A stretch of DNA of 64,000 bases, taken from positions 2,956 to 66,955 of the forward strand of contig CBDDBP010000006.1 in NCBI GenBank assembly GCA_965225815.1. The letters are read 5' to 3'. Origin of the DNA: Dehalococcoidia bacterium (GTDB taxonomy: Bacteria > Chloroflexota > Dehalococcoidia > DSTF01 > WHTK01). A program made the position numbers and the translations under genes. A model generated the notes under the pieces. The model was not told where the DNA came from. It worked only from the letters and a program-made list of their open reading frames with translations, and did not search any database. Numbering within the stretch: the stretch's first letter is position 1; the number at the start of each line of letters is the position of its first letter. This document shows, one piece after another, positions 1 through 9,191 of this stretch.

Positions 1-1
1 G

Positions 2-952
2 GCGTACCAGACGGCGGAGCCGGGGCTGACGCCGGCGGGTGTTGAGCTGTTCGATGTTTCGGACCCAGCGGAGCCGAGGTCGATCGGGTTCCTGGACCGG
101 TCGGGGCCGCACTCGCGCGGGTCGCACTGCCTGTGGTTCGTCGACGGCGAGTACATCCATCTTTCCAGTGGCGCGGGGGATATGACGCCACGAAACCAGA
201 AGGACGACCAGTTCTACCAGATCATCGACGTGCGCGACCCGACGAAGCCGACCGAAGTAGGGCGGTGGTGGCTGCCGGGGACGATGGAGGGCGACGCGGC
301 CGAGGCGCCGGAGCGCCACGAGAAGTTCGACGCGGGGTTTCGAACGCACAACACGAACGTGTATCCGGAGCGTCCCGACCGGGCATACGTCGGCTACATC
401 GATGGCGGTGTCGTAATCCTGGACATTTCGGACAAGTCGAACCCGCAGTTAATCAGCCAGCTGGACTACCACCCGCCGGCGACGGGGTTTACGCATACGG
501 TGCTGCCTTTGTTCAGTCAGGAGACGCTGATCGTGAGTGACGAGTCGGTCGCGCAGGGTGGCGAGGATTGGCCGAAGCCGGTTTGGGTTGTCGACATGCA
601 CGACGAGACGCGGCCGATGATCACGGGGACGCTGCCGATCCCGCCGGTGGAGTCGTTCGCGGAGCGCGGCGGTCGCTTCGGGGCGCACAACCTGCACGAG
701 AATCATCCCCTGGCGACGGCGTTGAGATCAGATGCGTTGGTGTACGGGGCGTACTTCAACGCCGGGGTGCGGGTGCACGACGTTTCGAACCCGTGGGCGC
801 CGGTCGAGATGGGTTACTACATCCCGGAGGCGCCGGCGGGGTCGCGGTTCAGCGCGGCGCAAATGAACGACGTGTACGTGGACGAGAACGGGCTAATCTA
901 CGCGATCGAGCGGTTCACGGGCGGGCTGTATATCCTCGAGGGGACGTGGTGA
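2..952 (+). CDS. LVIVD-repeat beta-propeller protein (5' end outside window)
   Basis: Frame of ORF 182..952 stays open back to nt 2 (AYQTAEPGLTPAGVELFDVSDPAEPRSIGF...). Repeated units ELFDVSDPAEP, QIIDVRDPTKP and VILDISDKSNP are typical of LVIVD repeats. Confidence 0.6.
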   Translation, partial: AYQTAEPGLTPAGVELFDVSDPAEPRSIGFLDRSGPHSRGSHCLWFVDGEYIHLSSGAGDMTPRNQKDDQFYQIIDVRDPTKPTEVGRWWLPGTMEGDAAEAPERHEKFDAGFRTHNTNVYPERPDRAYVGYIDGGVVILDISDKSNPQLISQLDYHPPATGFTHTVLPLFSQETLIVSDESVAQGGEDWPKPVWVVDMHDETRPMITGTLPIPPVESFAERGGRFGAHNLHENHPLATALRSDALVYGAYFNAGVRVHDVSNPWAPVEMGYYIPEAPAGSRFSAAQMNDVYVDENGLIYAIERFTGGLYILEGTW

Positions 953-981
953 GCCAGAAGTGATTCGAGAAGGAGCGGACT

Positions 982-1353
982 TTGGCGGCGATGAATCCTG
1001 AGGACGCGACACGGATGGTGGCGGAGGCGATGGAGGCGGGCGATCTCGATGGCGTCGTCGGTCTTTACGAGCCGAATGCCAGCCTGGTGATTGAGCCAGG
1101 CACGACGGTAACGGGCTCAGCAGCGATTCGCGAAGCGATGGCTGACTTCATCGGCTTGAAGCCGAAGCTGACCAGCGAACATCACCTTACGGTGGCGGCG
1201 GACGACCTGGCGTTGGTCTCGACCAACTGGAGCCTTGAGGGGACGGGGCCAGATGGCCAGCCGATGACGATGAGCGCGACGAGCACGGACGTGATGCGAC
1301 GCCAGGCTGACGGGTCGTGGAAGGTAATCATCGACAATCCGTTCGGCGTCTGA
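982..1353 (+). CDS. SnoaL-like / DUF4440 (NTF2-fold) protein
   Basis: 123-aa ORF. TTG start lies 6 nt after AGGAG (971-975). Sequence pattern (DLDGVVGLYEPNASLV...GSWKVIIDNPFG) is typical of the NTF2-like fold. Confidence 0.7.
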   Translation: MAAMNPEDATRMVAEAMEAGDLDGVVGLYEPNASLVIEPGTTVTGSAAIREAMADFIGLKPKLTSEHHLTVAADDLALVSTNWSLEGTGPDGQPMTMSATSTDVMRRQADGSWKVIIDNPFGV

Positions 1354-1417
1354 GTTCGGGCCCCGGCCAGGCGACGTTTCCCTGCAGTCGGTTAGTTCGC
1401 GACGGGGACAGCCGTTG

Positions 1418-2073
1418 CTAGACGGCGGGCTGGTGCTGCGTGAGCTGGATGATGGCTTCCTCGAATTCGTCTGATTTGAAGCCGAAGGGGCCGGGAGCGC
1501 CGCGGTAGGCAATAGTGCCGTCGGCGTCGACGAGATAGAGGCGGTCGGGCTGGGCGTGGTAGGCCTCGTTGACTTCGTTGCTCATCTCCGTCGATCAGGG
1601 TCGGGATGCTGATGTCAATGCCGAGGGTGCAGGCGTGGGCCAGCTCGACGCGATCATCGTAGGTCTTGGGTTGAACGAAGACGATATCCTCCAGGACGTT
1701 GCCCACAGACTGCCACTCGTCTGTTGGATGGGCTTCGCGGATGTAGACGACGTAGAACTCGATGTCGTTGCGGAAGCGTCCGTAAATTTCCTCCAGGTGC
1801 ACGGCCTGGTGACGGAAGGGCGGTCAAGTATAGGAGGCGAAGATCAGTCCGACGGTTTGCCGCGGAGGGCTGAGAGACGGACACGGGCGTCGCCCTCGAG
1901 CGCGGCGAGATCGAAATCGGGCGCGGTGTCGCCGACCTTCGGCGTCGTGGCCTCGCGGCCTCACGCTCCCTGGCGCGGGCCTCCATGGTGCCTTCAGCTT
2001 CAGGAAATGTGGCGATAGCGGAGAGGATTTCGGTTACGAGGCTCTTCTGCTCCGTTTCGGACATCGATTGCAT
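1418..2073 (-). pseudogene. Iodothyronine-deiodinase-like thioredoxin-fold protein with in-frame TGA (Sec candidate) and about 3 frame disruptions
   Basis: Stitching three minus frames gives ...PKVGDTAPDFDLAALEGDARVRLSALRGKP / VGLIFASYT-TGA-PPFRHQAVHLEEIYGRFRNDIEFYVVYIREAHPTDEWQ...IPTLIDG / MSNEVNEAYHAQPDRLYLVDADGTIAYRGAPGPFGF.... The TGA is at 1824-1826. Frame changes lie near 1949-1952, 1854-1855 and 1588-1589. Confidence 0.55.
1793..1809 (-). promoter_or_regulatory. Possible SECIS-like hairpin downstream of UGA
   Basis: mRNA CCAGG-CCGUGCA-CCUGG starts 15 nt 3' of the UGA at 1826-1824. It has a 5-bp stem and a loop containing GU. Confidence 0.3.
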
Positions 2074-2108
2074 CTTCTCGTAGACAAGGTTCTGGTAATG
2101 GTCGAGCG

Positions 2109-3134
2109 TTACTCGCAGAGCTCACGGTGGATGCGCAGCAGGTCCGGGATCGTGGCGGGATCACGTCGGCCGAAGCCGCACTCGGTGGCGATGTCGTAGT
2201 CGGTGATGTACCTGTCGGCGGCATGCATGCGCTTTCGGCCGCCCTCTACGCCGTCGGTGTAGTGGACGAGGCCGAGGATGAGCTTCGTCGTGGAAGGCCG
2301 CTTGAGAGCCTTGAGAGGCTGGAAGTAAGGCTCATCAGAGCGTTCTCGGGGGACCGCCATGTGCACATAGTCGATGTTGCGGTTGGAGCCGGCGGCGATG
2401 CCGTTGGCGAAGGCGACGGAGGTTCCGAGGTCGCGCGGCTCGACGATGTGCTGGTGACCAGGGTCGCCGTAGCAGAGGTGGATACCAAGCTCGACAGCCG
2501 ATTCGACGGCGTTACAGAGGCCGACGACGCGTCGTAAGGAGCCCTCGATGAGGTCTGGATATGGAAGCGAAATGCCGCCATCGGCGCCGACAATCTCATA
2601 GCAGACATCGAACTGGATGCAGAGCTGGTCGGCGGGAATTTCGTCCTGGATGCGCCGTACGTCGCGCAGGATGCCAGCCTCGAGAGCGGGCTCGACATCT
2701 AGCTGAGCAGAGGGTATTACGAATCCGCAGACCAGTGCCACGGGGGTCGGAATCGAGATCTGGAAACGGGTGCCGTCGGCGATGCGCCCTTCGGCGACGA
2801 GGCCCTTGAACACCTCGTAGGACGCGATCGCCTCGGCGGCGTAGCCGAACTCACCGAGATCTATCGACTTCGGGTCTACGCCATCCCTGATTCGGTAGAA
2901 GGGGCGCTGAATGGTGTCGTTGAAGCCAGGTAGCCGGACGTCTTGCAGCTCCATCTCGAGGTCGGGTGATCGGTCGAAGGTCTGCTGCTGCCAGCGGATC
3001 CAGTAGCCTCGGGCGCCGGTTTCGCCGTCTGGGAGTCTGGCGCAGGAGTCGCCAAGGATGTCGGAGACGGTTTCGAAGACGGCGCGTGAGTCGGTGAGGC
3101 CGACGCTGCCGACGAGGTGAGCCTGACGTTTCAT
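2109..3134 (-). CDS. UROD/MetE-like superfamily protein (cobalamin-independent methionine synthase C-terminal-like)
   Basis: 341-aa ORF with AGGAGG upstream of the ATG. Putative Zn-ligand motifs IHLCYGD and ATECGFG resemble MetE-type barrels. Confidence 0.6.
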   Translation of the reverse strand: MKRQAHLVGSVGLTDSRAVFETVSDILGDSCARLPDGETGARGYWIRWQQQTFDRSPDLEMELQDVRLPGFNDTIQRPFYRIRDGVDPKSIDLGEFGYAAEAIASYEVFKGLVAEGRIADGTRFQISIPTPVALVCGFVIPSAQLDVEPALEAGILRDVRRIQDEIPADQLCIQFDVCYEIVGADGGISLPYPDLIEGSLRRVVGLCNAVESAVELGIHLCYGDPGHQHIVEPRDLGTSVAFANGIAAGSNRNIDYVHMAVPRERSDEPYFQPLKALKRPSTTKLILGLVHYTDGVEGGRKRMHAADRYITDYDIATECGFGRRDPATIPDLLRIHRELCE

Positions 3135-3197
3135 GGTGTCCTCCTGGGGTCGCGGCCATTGTCGGGCTGATTCTACAGGCGGGGCGATGAGCAGGCG

Positions 3198-3440
3198 TTA
3201 GTGGAGGGGACAGACGCCGACCAGGGTGTGCTTCCAGCCGGCGACGTCGGAATTGGCGGAGGCGGTGTTGAAGCCCGGCTGCTGGGCGGCAGCTTCGGCG
3301 GCGTAGACCTCGTCGGAGACAGCCCAGGCACCGAGGTAGATGAACAGGGCGAAGACGAAGGGCAGGAAGAGGGCGGCAATAAAGGCGATGAAGCCGGTGC
3401 TGACCTGGAAGGGTTCGGGCTGGCTCTGATAGTCGTACAT
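3198..3440 (-). CDS. Small membrane protein (1 TM), hypothetical
   Basis: 80-aa ORF starting 14 nt downstream of the MFS stop. It has a hydrophobic helix GFIAFIAALFLPFVFALFIYLGAW. I recognise no homology. Confidence 0.4.
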   Translation of the reverse strand: MYDYQSQPEPFQVSTGFIAFIAALFLPFVFALFIYLGAWAVSDEVYAAEAAAQQPGFNTASANSDVAGWKHTLVGVCPLH

Positions 3441-3453
3441 GAGAGGTTCCGGG

Positions 3454-4716
3454 TCAGGCCGGCTGGGCTTCCAGCGCAGGGCCGTGGCCGTAGACGCGGC
3501 GGCCGGTGACGGCGAAGAGGCTGACGAGCATGATGGCGACGAAGAGCAGGCCCTCCCAGAAGAGGATGTTGGCGGCGCCGAACTGGTCGGCGAGGGAGCC
3601 GTTGAAGAGGTTGACGCTGGCCATCATGCCGCCGAGCGCAACGGTGTTGATGCTCGCGACGCGGCCACGGTACTCGTCGGCGGCAGTGGCCTGAGTGACG
3701 GCCTGGGTCATGGTCATGAACGCGGCCTGGGCGCCACCCATCAACGCGGCAGCGAAGATCGCAAGCCAGAGCACGGACGTCAGGGCGAGGATGGTCTGAC
3801 CAAGCCCGCTGAGGAGGCCTGTGAGGATGAGGACGTTGCCACGCGCCTTCGAGGTCTGGATGCCGGAGATGAAGATGCTGGCGATGAGTGCGCCGCCACC
3901 GACGCCGGCCAGCAAGGGGCCGAAACCTCCCTCGGAAACGCCTAGGCTGTTGTTGGCAAAGCCGGGCAGGAGCGATTCGAAGGCCATCGTGAGGCCGCAG
4001 TGGAAGATCGCCAGCAGGATCATGAAGCGGATGACGGGCATGCTGTAGACGTAGGCAACGCCGCCCGCGAAGCTCGCGAAGAAGCCTTCTGGGATCTTAT
4101 TCGGATCGGGACGCTTGGGCGTCAGCTTCATGATCTGGACGAGGCCGATGACGTAGAAGACGGTGCAGAGCAGGAAGGCTGACGCGGAGCCGAAGACGAG
4201 CAGCAAGGGCGTGACGATGCCGGGCCCGATGAGCCGGGAGCCGTGCTGCGTCGAAGCGTTGAGCGACAAGGCGTTTAGGAGCTTCTCGCGCGGGACGAGG
4301 GTGGCGGCCAGCGCTTGAGATGTGGGGAGCTGAGTCGCGCGGGCGATGCCGTTGACGACGGCGAGAGCGACGATCATCCAGACGTCGAGGACGCCAAAGA
4401 GGGCACCGAAGAAGAGCGCCACGTTTTGCAGCGCATTGAGTCCATAGCTAGCGGCGAGGATGTTGCGGCGGTCCATGCGGTCGGCGAGGACACCGACGAT
4501 GGGCGGGACGATGAACAGCGGGGCCATGGCGGCGAAGGTGGTGGCGCCAACCCAGGCGGAGGAGTTGGTCTGGCTGAAGACGAGCTCGCCGCGGGCGACG
4601 ATGAGGCCCCAGGCGGCGGCCTGGGCGAAGGCGTTGGCGGACCACATGGTGCGGAACTCAGGGTATTCGAGCGCGGCACCGTAGCGGCCGAGGAATTTCT
4701 TGGCTGTTGCATTCAC
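3454..4716 (-). CDS. MFS transporter (EntS/MFS_3-like)
   Basis: 420 aa with about 12 predicted TM segments. The motif GVLADRMDRRNIL is typical of the MFS loop 2-3. Confidence 0.9.
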   Translation of the reverse strand: MNATAKKFLGRYGAALEYPEFRTMWSANAFAQAAAWGLIVARGELVFSQTNSSAWVGATTFAAMAPLFIVPPIVGVLADRMDRRNILAASYGLNALQNVALFFGALFGVLDVWMIVALAVVNGIARATQLPTSQALAATLVPREKLLNALSLNASTQHGSRLIGPGIVTPLLLVFGSASAFLLCTVFYVIGLVQIMKLTPKRPDPNKIPEGFFASFAGGVAYVYSMPVIRFMILLAIFHCGLTMAFESLLPGFANNSLGVSEGGFGPLLAGVGGGALIASIFISGIQTSKARGNVLILTGLLSGLGQTILALTSVLWLAIFAAALMGGAQAAFMTMTQAVTQATAADEYRGRVASINTVALGGMMASVNLFNGSLADQFGAANILFWEGLLFVAIMLVSLFAVTGRRVYGHGPALEAQPA

Positions 4717-4762
4717 GTTAGCGTAAAAGTTACACGGTCGGACATGTGGGCTTCAAGCATAA

Positions 4763-5340
4763 CTGAAGCCGGGGACACCCCGCACCCCACTGAAGGCGGC
4801 GCCGAGGGCGTCTGGGTATAGGTCACGCCGGGGCGTTGAGGGCTTCGCGACCTGCACCCTTTCCTGGCGGGCGGGCTTGTGCGCTACGCCCTCTATTTAA
4901 CCTAGACCTGAGGGGAGACCCCTCAGACTCCCCCCGCAGGGGCTGCGCCCCTACTGACCCTGCTTGGATCGAGTAACGACAACATTCCAAAGTGAACGAC
5001 GGGGCGTTGAGGGATTTGCGACCTGCGCCCCTCCTGTCGGGCGGGCTTGTGCGCTTCGCCCTCTATTTAACCTAGACCTGAGGGGAGACCCCTCAGACTC
5101 CCCCCGCATGGGCTGCGCTCCCGCCATCCCTGGTGGCGCCGAGTCTGACGGAGTCGGTGGTGGACTTCGTTGGGGCGTTGACGGCTGCACTACCTGCGCC
5201 CCTCCTGCCGGGCGGGCTTGTGCGCTTCGCTTCCATGAGACGGTTCATCCGAAGGGAGATCCCTCGGGCTCCGCGCGCATGGGCCCTTCGGCGGAGCTCA
5301 GGATGCACTTCGCCCACGCTACCCTGCTTCTGATCGCTGA
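4763..5340. repeat. REP-like element cluster: one a-type hairpin plus 3 tandem units of 171 bp
   Basis: The string ggggcgttga starts at 4830, 5001 and 5172, giving a 171-bp period. Each unit carries gggcgggcttgtgcgcttcgcc and a perfect hairpin (ctgaggggagacccctcag at 4908-4926 and 5078-5096; ccgaagggagatccctcgg at 5249-5267). Confidence 0.85.
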
Positions 5341-5481
5341 GACCGAAGCTCCGACCCAGATCCGGAAGGCGGGCCACAGTGGGCTTGGAATGAACGAGGA
5401 GTTTTCGTCTAGATTCTCGGTGACCCTCAGGTCAAACTGACGCGGATCTTCAGCGGCCGATTTTTGGAAGGACGAACGACT

Positions 5482-6243
5482 ATGAAGCGACCCAACGTGC
5501 TGACGACGGGCGGCCTGTCTCACGAGGCGCGGCAAGCGCTGCTTGAGACGATAGAGCGGCGTACGGAGTTGCCCCTCCTGCTGCTCTCGATTGTCATGAT
5601 CCCGCTGCTGCTCGGGCCGTTCTTGTGGGAGATGTCGGCTACGGAAGAAGCGACGTTCTTCAGCCTCGACACGATGATCTGGGCGCTGTTTGCGGTCGAC
5701 TTGGGTACAAAGGTCCTCGTCGCTCCGGACCGTCTGGGCTATCTGCGGAGCCACTGGCTGGACGTACTCGTGGTTGCTGTTCCGTTCGCAAGGCCACTGA
5801 GGGTCGCGCGGATTTTGCTCTTCGGATCTCGCGCGATTGCCGGCGCGAAGCGGTTCGTTCAGCTTGATTTTCTGTTGGTTTATGCACTCGGATTGATCGT
5901 GATTTGCGCCACGCTTGTGACGGCCCTGGAGTCGGGGACTGACTCGACTATCGAAACGTTCCCGGACGCCCTCTGGTGGGCGGTGGTCACGATCACCACG
6001 GTCGGCTACGGCGACGTCGTGCCGCAGACGGCGGAGGGGAAAGCGATAGGAATGGTGCTGATGCTCGGGGGAATCGGGATCTTTGGAGCGCTTACGGCGA
6101 ATCTGGCATCCCTCTTCGTCCGAAGCGATTCGTCACTGCCTACTCTCGACCAAGGGCTCCAGGAGCAACTCCAGGCCCTGCACCAGGAGCTTGGTCTGCT
6201 GAGAGAGGAACTATCGGCGGCAGGCCGGACTCAAACGGAGTGA
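5482..6243 (+). CDS. Voltage-gated potassium channel (ion transport protein)
   Basis: Selectivity filter TTVGYGD. S4-like segment ARPLRVARILLFGSR. GGAAGGA lies 9 nt upstream of the ATG at 5482, so the track start 5464 (TTG) is less likely. Confidence 0.9.
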   Translation: MKRPNVLTTGGLSHEARQALLETIERRTELPLLLLSIVMIPLLLGPFLWEMSATEEATFFSLDTMIWALFAVDLGTKVLVAPDRLGYLRSHWLDVLVVAVPFARPLRVARILLFGSRAIAGAKRFVQLDFLLVYALGLIVICATLVTALESGTDSTIETFPDALWWAVVTITTVGYGDVVPQTAEGKAIGMVLMLGGIGIFGALTANLASLFVRSDSSLPTLDQGLQEQLQALHQELGLLREELSAAGRTQTE

Positions 6244-6281
6244 CATTCGCCAGGGATGGTGGGAGCTGATCGGGCAGGACT

Positions 6282-7055
6282 TTAACCGGAGGCGGAAGCG
6301 CAGAAGTCGAGGATGAGGTTGTTCCAAACGGTGGGTTGCTCCCAGTAGGCGCTGTGGCCGGAGCCCGTGATGACCTGGAACTGGGCGCCGGGGATGGCGT
6401 CGGCGAGCGCCTGCATGACGGGCGGTGGGGCGTGGACGTCTTCGTCGGCGGCGATGATGAGGGTTGGGACGATGATCCCGGCGATGCGGCCGAGCGTCAT
6501 CGGCTGACGGTGCTTTTGGCGGGCGCCGTCCGGTTTGTAGCCGGAGGCCTCCATTTCGAGAAAGCGCGCGACGCCTTCAGGGTTTGAGGCGCGATAGGTG
6601 GTACCAAGCTCCTTCTCGACGGTCGGCCAGGAGGCCAGGTCGGGTGGGGCGTGAGCGGCACGCAGGGCAGCGTATTCGGGGTCGATAAGGCCGCCAAAGC
6701 TGGTCGAGAGGACGAAGCCGCGCAGCATCTCGGGGTGGTCGACGGCGAATTCGAGCGCGCCGAAGCCACCGTAGGCGGTGCCGACGAGGAAGAAGGGCTG
6801 CAGGCCGAGTTCGGCGGCGAGCGCGAGCAGATCTTCGGAGATCGAGCTTTCGGTGGCGTGGCCTTCGGCCGGGCTGTGGCCGAAGCCGCGCAGGTCGTAG
6901 GTGACGACACGGTAGCCAGCGGCGGAGAAGGCCGGGACCTGCTCCGTCCAGCAGTCGGAGGTGCCGGCGGCGGCGTGGATGAGGACGAAGGGCGGGCCGG
7001 AGCCGCCGTGGTCAGTGAGGAAGATTTCGGCGTTGTTGATGGTGAGGTAGGGCAT
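6282..7055 (-). CDS. Alpha/beta hydrolase fold protein (nucleophile position is Ala)
   Basis: 257 aa with the HAAAGTSDCW...YDLRGFGHS pattern. The nucleophile elbow reads G-T-A-Y-G-G rather than G-x-S-x-G. Confidence 0.8.
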   Translation of the reverse strand: MPYLTINNAEIFLTDHGGSGPPFVLIHAAAGTSDCWTEQVPAFSAAGYRVVTYDLRGFGHSPAEGHATESSISEDLLALAAELGLQPFFLVGTAYGGFGALEFAVDHPEMLRGFVLSTSFGGLIDPEYAALRAAHAPPDLASWPTVEKELGTTYRASNPEGVARFLEMEASGYKPDGARQKHRQPMTLGRIAGIIVPTLIIAADEDVHAPPPVMQALADAIPGAQFQVITGSGHSAYWEQPTVWNNLILDFCASASG

Positions 7056-7080
7056 CGAGGGAAGTATAGCGGGCGAATTA

Positions 7081-7275
7081 TTGAAGCCAGGGATACCCCG
7101 GACCCCACGGAAGGGGCGACTTTAGCGTTGGGTGTGGCTAACGCCGGGGCGGGCAGGCTTTCACCTCTCCCCCGCTGGCGCGCGCCCCAAGGCTGTGGAC
7201 GTTGCCGGGTTGATGGCCAGTCGTGGCGAGGCGGAGGGTGCAGGGCTTTGGTCCTTCGCGCGGCTCAGGATGACA
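7081..7275. repeat. REP-like elements (a-type hairpin, d-like and e-type repeats)
   Basis: ttgaagccagggataccccggaccccacgg at 7081-7110. gggctttggtccttcgcgcggctcaggatgac at 7243-7274 recurs at 9141-9172 and 13761-13790. Confidence 0.75.
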
Positions 7276-7387
7276 GGGGACGCTGAGGATGACAGATGTG
7301 CGCTCGTGATGGCGATGAGCGGCCCTGAGGGTTGCGGGGCGGGAGTATTCTGGCCGTGTGGCCGATATGCAGCCGAGGAGGCGTGAC

Positions 7388-8473
7388 GTGACGATTGCCC
7401 TTTCACACGGCGGACCGACGATTTACGAGTCGGGGACGCGATCTGAGGATGTTTTGGTTGGGACGGCTCGTGGGGTGGTGCGCCTGGCGCGGCAAGGGGC
7501 GGGCTGGAAGGCGACGGAAACGACGCTGGAGGGCAAGCACATCGGCGCGCTGCTGATCGAGCCGACGAGCGGGAAGATCTTCGCGGGGTCGTACAAGGAC
7601 GGGTCGGTGGACGTGAGCGAGGACGGCGGGCACACGTGGCGCGCCTCCGATGCGGGTCTAACCGAGTCGAACGTCTACAGCCTGGAGTCGACGACTATTG
7701 ATGGTCGCGTCCGGCTGTTCTGCGGCACCGAGCCGGCGAAGCTGTTCGTCAGCGACGACCTGGGGGCGACGTGGACCGAGCGCCCGTCGTTGCGGTCGGT
7801 GCCGACGGTGGAGAAGTGGTACTTCCCGGGGCCGCCGCACGTGGCGCACGCCAAGCACGTGAGCTTCGACCCTCTCGACGAGAAGACGGTCTACGTCAGC
7901 ATCGAGGTTGGCGGCCTGCTGCGGAGCCGCGACGGCGGCGATACGTTCGAGGACATCCCGGGGATGTTCGAGGACGTGCACCGGCTGGTGATCAACCCGA
8001 AGCAGCCGAATCAGTGGTATGTCTCGGGCGGCGCCGGCCTTTGGCTGAGCGATGACAGCGGACAGACGTGGGAGAACACGACGGACGGTGAGCACGAAAT
8101 CGGTGCGTACCCGGACCAGTTGGTGTATCACCCGGTCAAGCCGGAGTTGATGTTCGTGGCGGCGGCGAAGGACACGCCGAACAAGTGGCGCGAGACGCAC
8201 AACGCGGGCGCCCGCATCGCTCGAAGTACGGATGCGGGGCGGACGTGGCAGGTGCTGACGGGCGGACTGCCGGACCGCATGCAGGGCAACGTCGAGGCGA
8301 TGTGCCTTGAGGCGGTGGGCGGCGGGTGCACTTTGTTCGCGGCGACGACCTCAGGTGAGGTTTTCGTGAGCGATGACAGCGGCGATTCGTGGTCGTTGGC
8401 GGTGGGTGACCTGGCGCCGATCTCGAAGGGTGGGCATTTCGTTCCGTTGATGGCGGGGGCCAGCGCGGGATAA
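7388..8473 (+). CDS. BNR/Asp-box repeat beta-propeller protein (sialidase/Ycf48-like fold)
   Basis: Several S-x-D-x-G-x-T-W boxes (SEDGGHTW, SDDLGATW, SRDGGDTF, SDDSGQTW, STDAGRTW, SDDSGDSW). GTG at 7388 lies 6 nt after GAGGAGG (7375-7381). Confidence 0.8.
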   Translation: MTIALSHGGPTIYESGTRSEDVLVGTARGVVRLARQGAGWKATETTLEGKHIGALLIEPTSGKIFAGSYKDGSVDVSEDGGHTWRASDAGLTESNVYSLESTTIDGRVRLFCGTEPAKLFVSDDLGATWTERPSLRSVPTVEKWYFPGPPHVAHAKHVSFDPLDEKTVYVSIEVGGLLRSRDGGDTFEDIPGMFEDVHRLVINPKQPNQWYVSGGAGLWLSDDSGQTWENTTDGEHEIGAYPDQLVYHPVKPELMFVAAAKDTPNKWRETHNAGARIARSTDAGRTWQVLTGGLPDRMQGNVEAMCLEAVGGGCTLFAATTSGEVFVSDDSGDSWSLAVGDLAPISKGGHFVPLMAGASAG

Positions 8474-8692
8474 TTAAAGCCGCCGGGGCATAGTTGAAGC
8501 CGGGGATACCCCGGACCCAACTGAAGGCGGCGCCTGGAGCGTGGGGCGTGGGCTTACGCCGGGGCGTTGATGGCGGCGCGTCCTGCAGCGTGGGCGAACT
8601 CTGCAGGTTGAAACCTGCAGCTTCGCTGACATGACGTTGAATACGAGGTGGTGACGGTCCGGCTTGGCGTCGGACTGCGTTGCGGTGTTGGC

Positions 8693-8718
8693 GGACGGAG
8701 CTGAAGCTTCGTCCCTAC
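8693..8718 (-). repeat. REP (GTAG + palindrome) copy 1
   Basis: Top strand reads ggacggagctgaagcttcgtcc+ctac. Minus strand reads GTAG-GGACGAAGCTTCAGCTCCGTCC. Confidence 0.8.
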
Positions 8719-8887
8719 GTTGTCTTTGCTGCGCTCTTCGTCGGGCGGGCTTGTGCGCTTCGCCTCAAATGAAACGATTCATTCCGCGGGTGTCCCCTCG
8801 GGCTCCCCGCGTATGGGCTGCGCCCCCACTACGCCTGCCAGCGTTATTCGAGGTTGGGGCAGCCGTGGACTGCGTTGGGGTGTTGGC

Positions 8888-8913
8888 GGACGGAGCTGAA
8901 GCTTCGTCCCTAC
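8888..8913 (-). repeat. REP copy 2
   Basis: Identical 26-mer to copy 1. Confidence 0.8.
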
Positions 8914-9191
8914 GTTGGCCTTGCTGCGCTCTTCGTGACGGGCGGGCTTGTGCGCTTCGCCTTCTATTCAACGTAGATCTGCGGGGAGACCCCTCAGACT
9001 CCCCCCGCAGGGGGGCTGCACCCCTATCGACCCGCTGAGGTTGGCCTCACTCGGTGTTCTTGCTTGTGAGCTTTTTTTGAGGGTAGGGCAGTTGAGATTC
9101 GGGTGATGCGGAACTGCATGGCAGCCTCGCCACCGTTAAAGGGCTTTGGTCCTTCGCGCGGCTCAGGACGACGAGTTGGGTGTGCTTCGGG

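Larger units (their letters stand above)
8474..9040. repeat. REP-like array (a-type hairpins plus 2 tandem units of 195 bp)
   Basis: ggactgcgt recurs at 8672 and 8867. Each unit contains the GTAG-REP hairpin, gggcgggcttgtgcgcttcgcc and a second hairpin (8979-8997). Confidence 0.85.
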
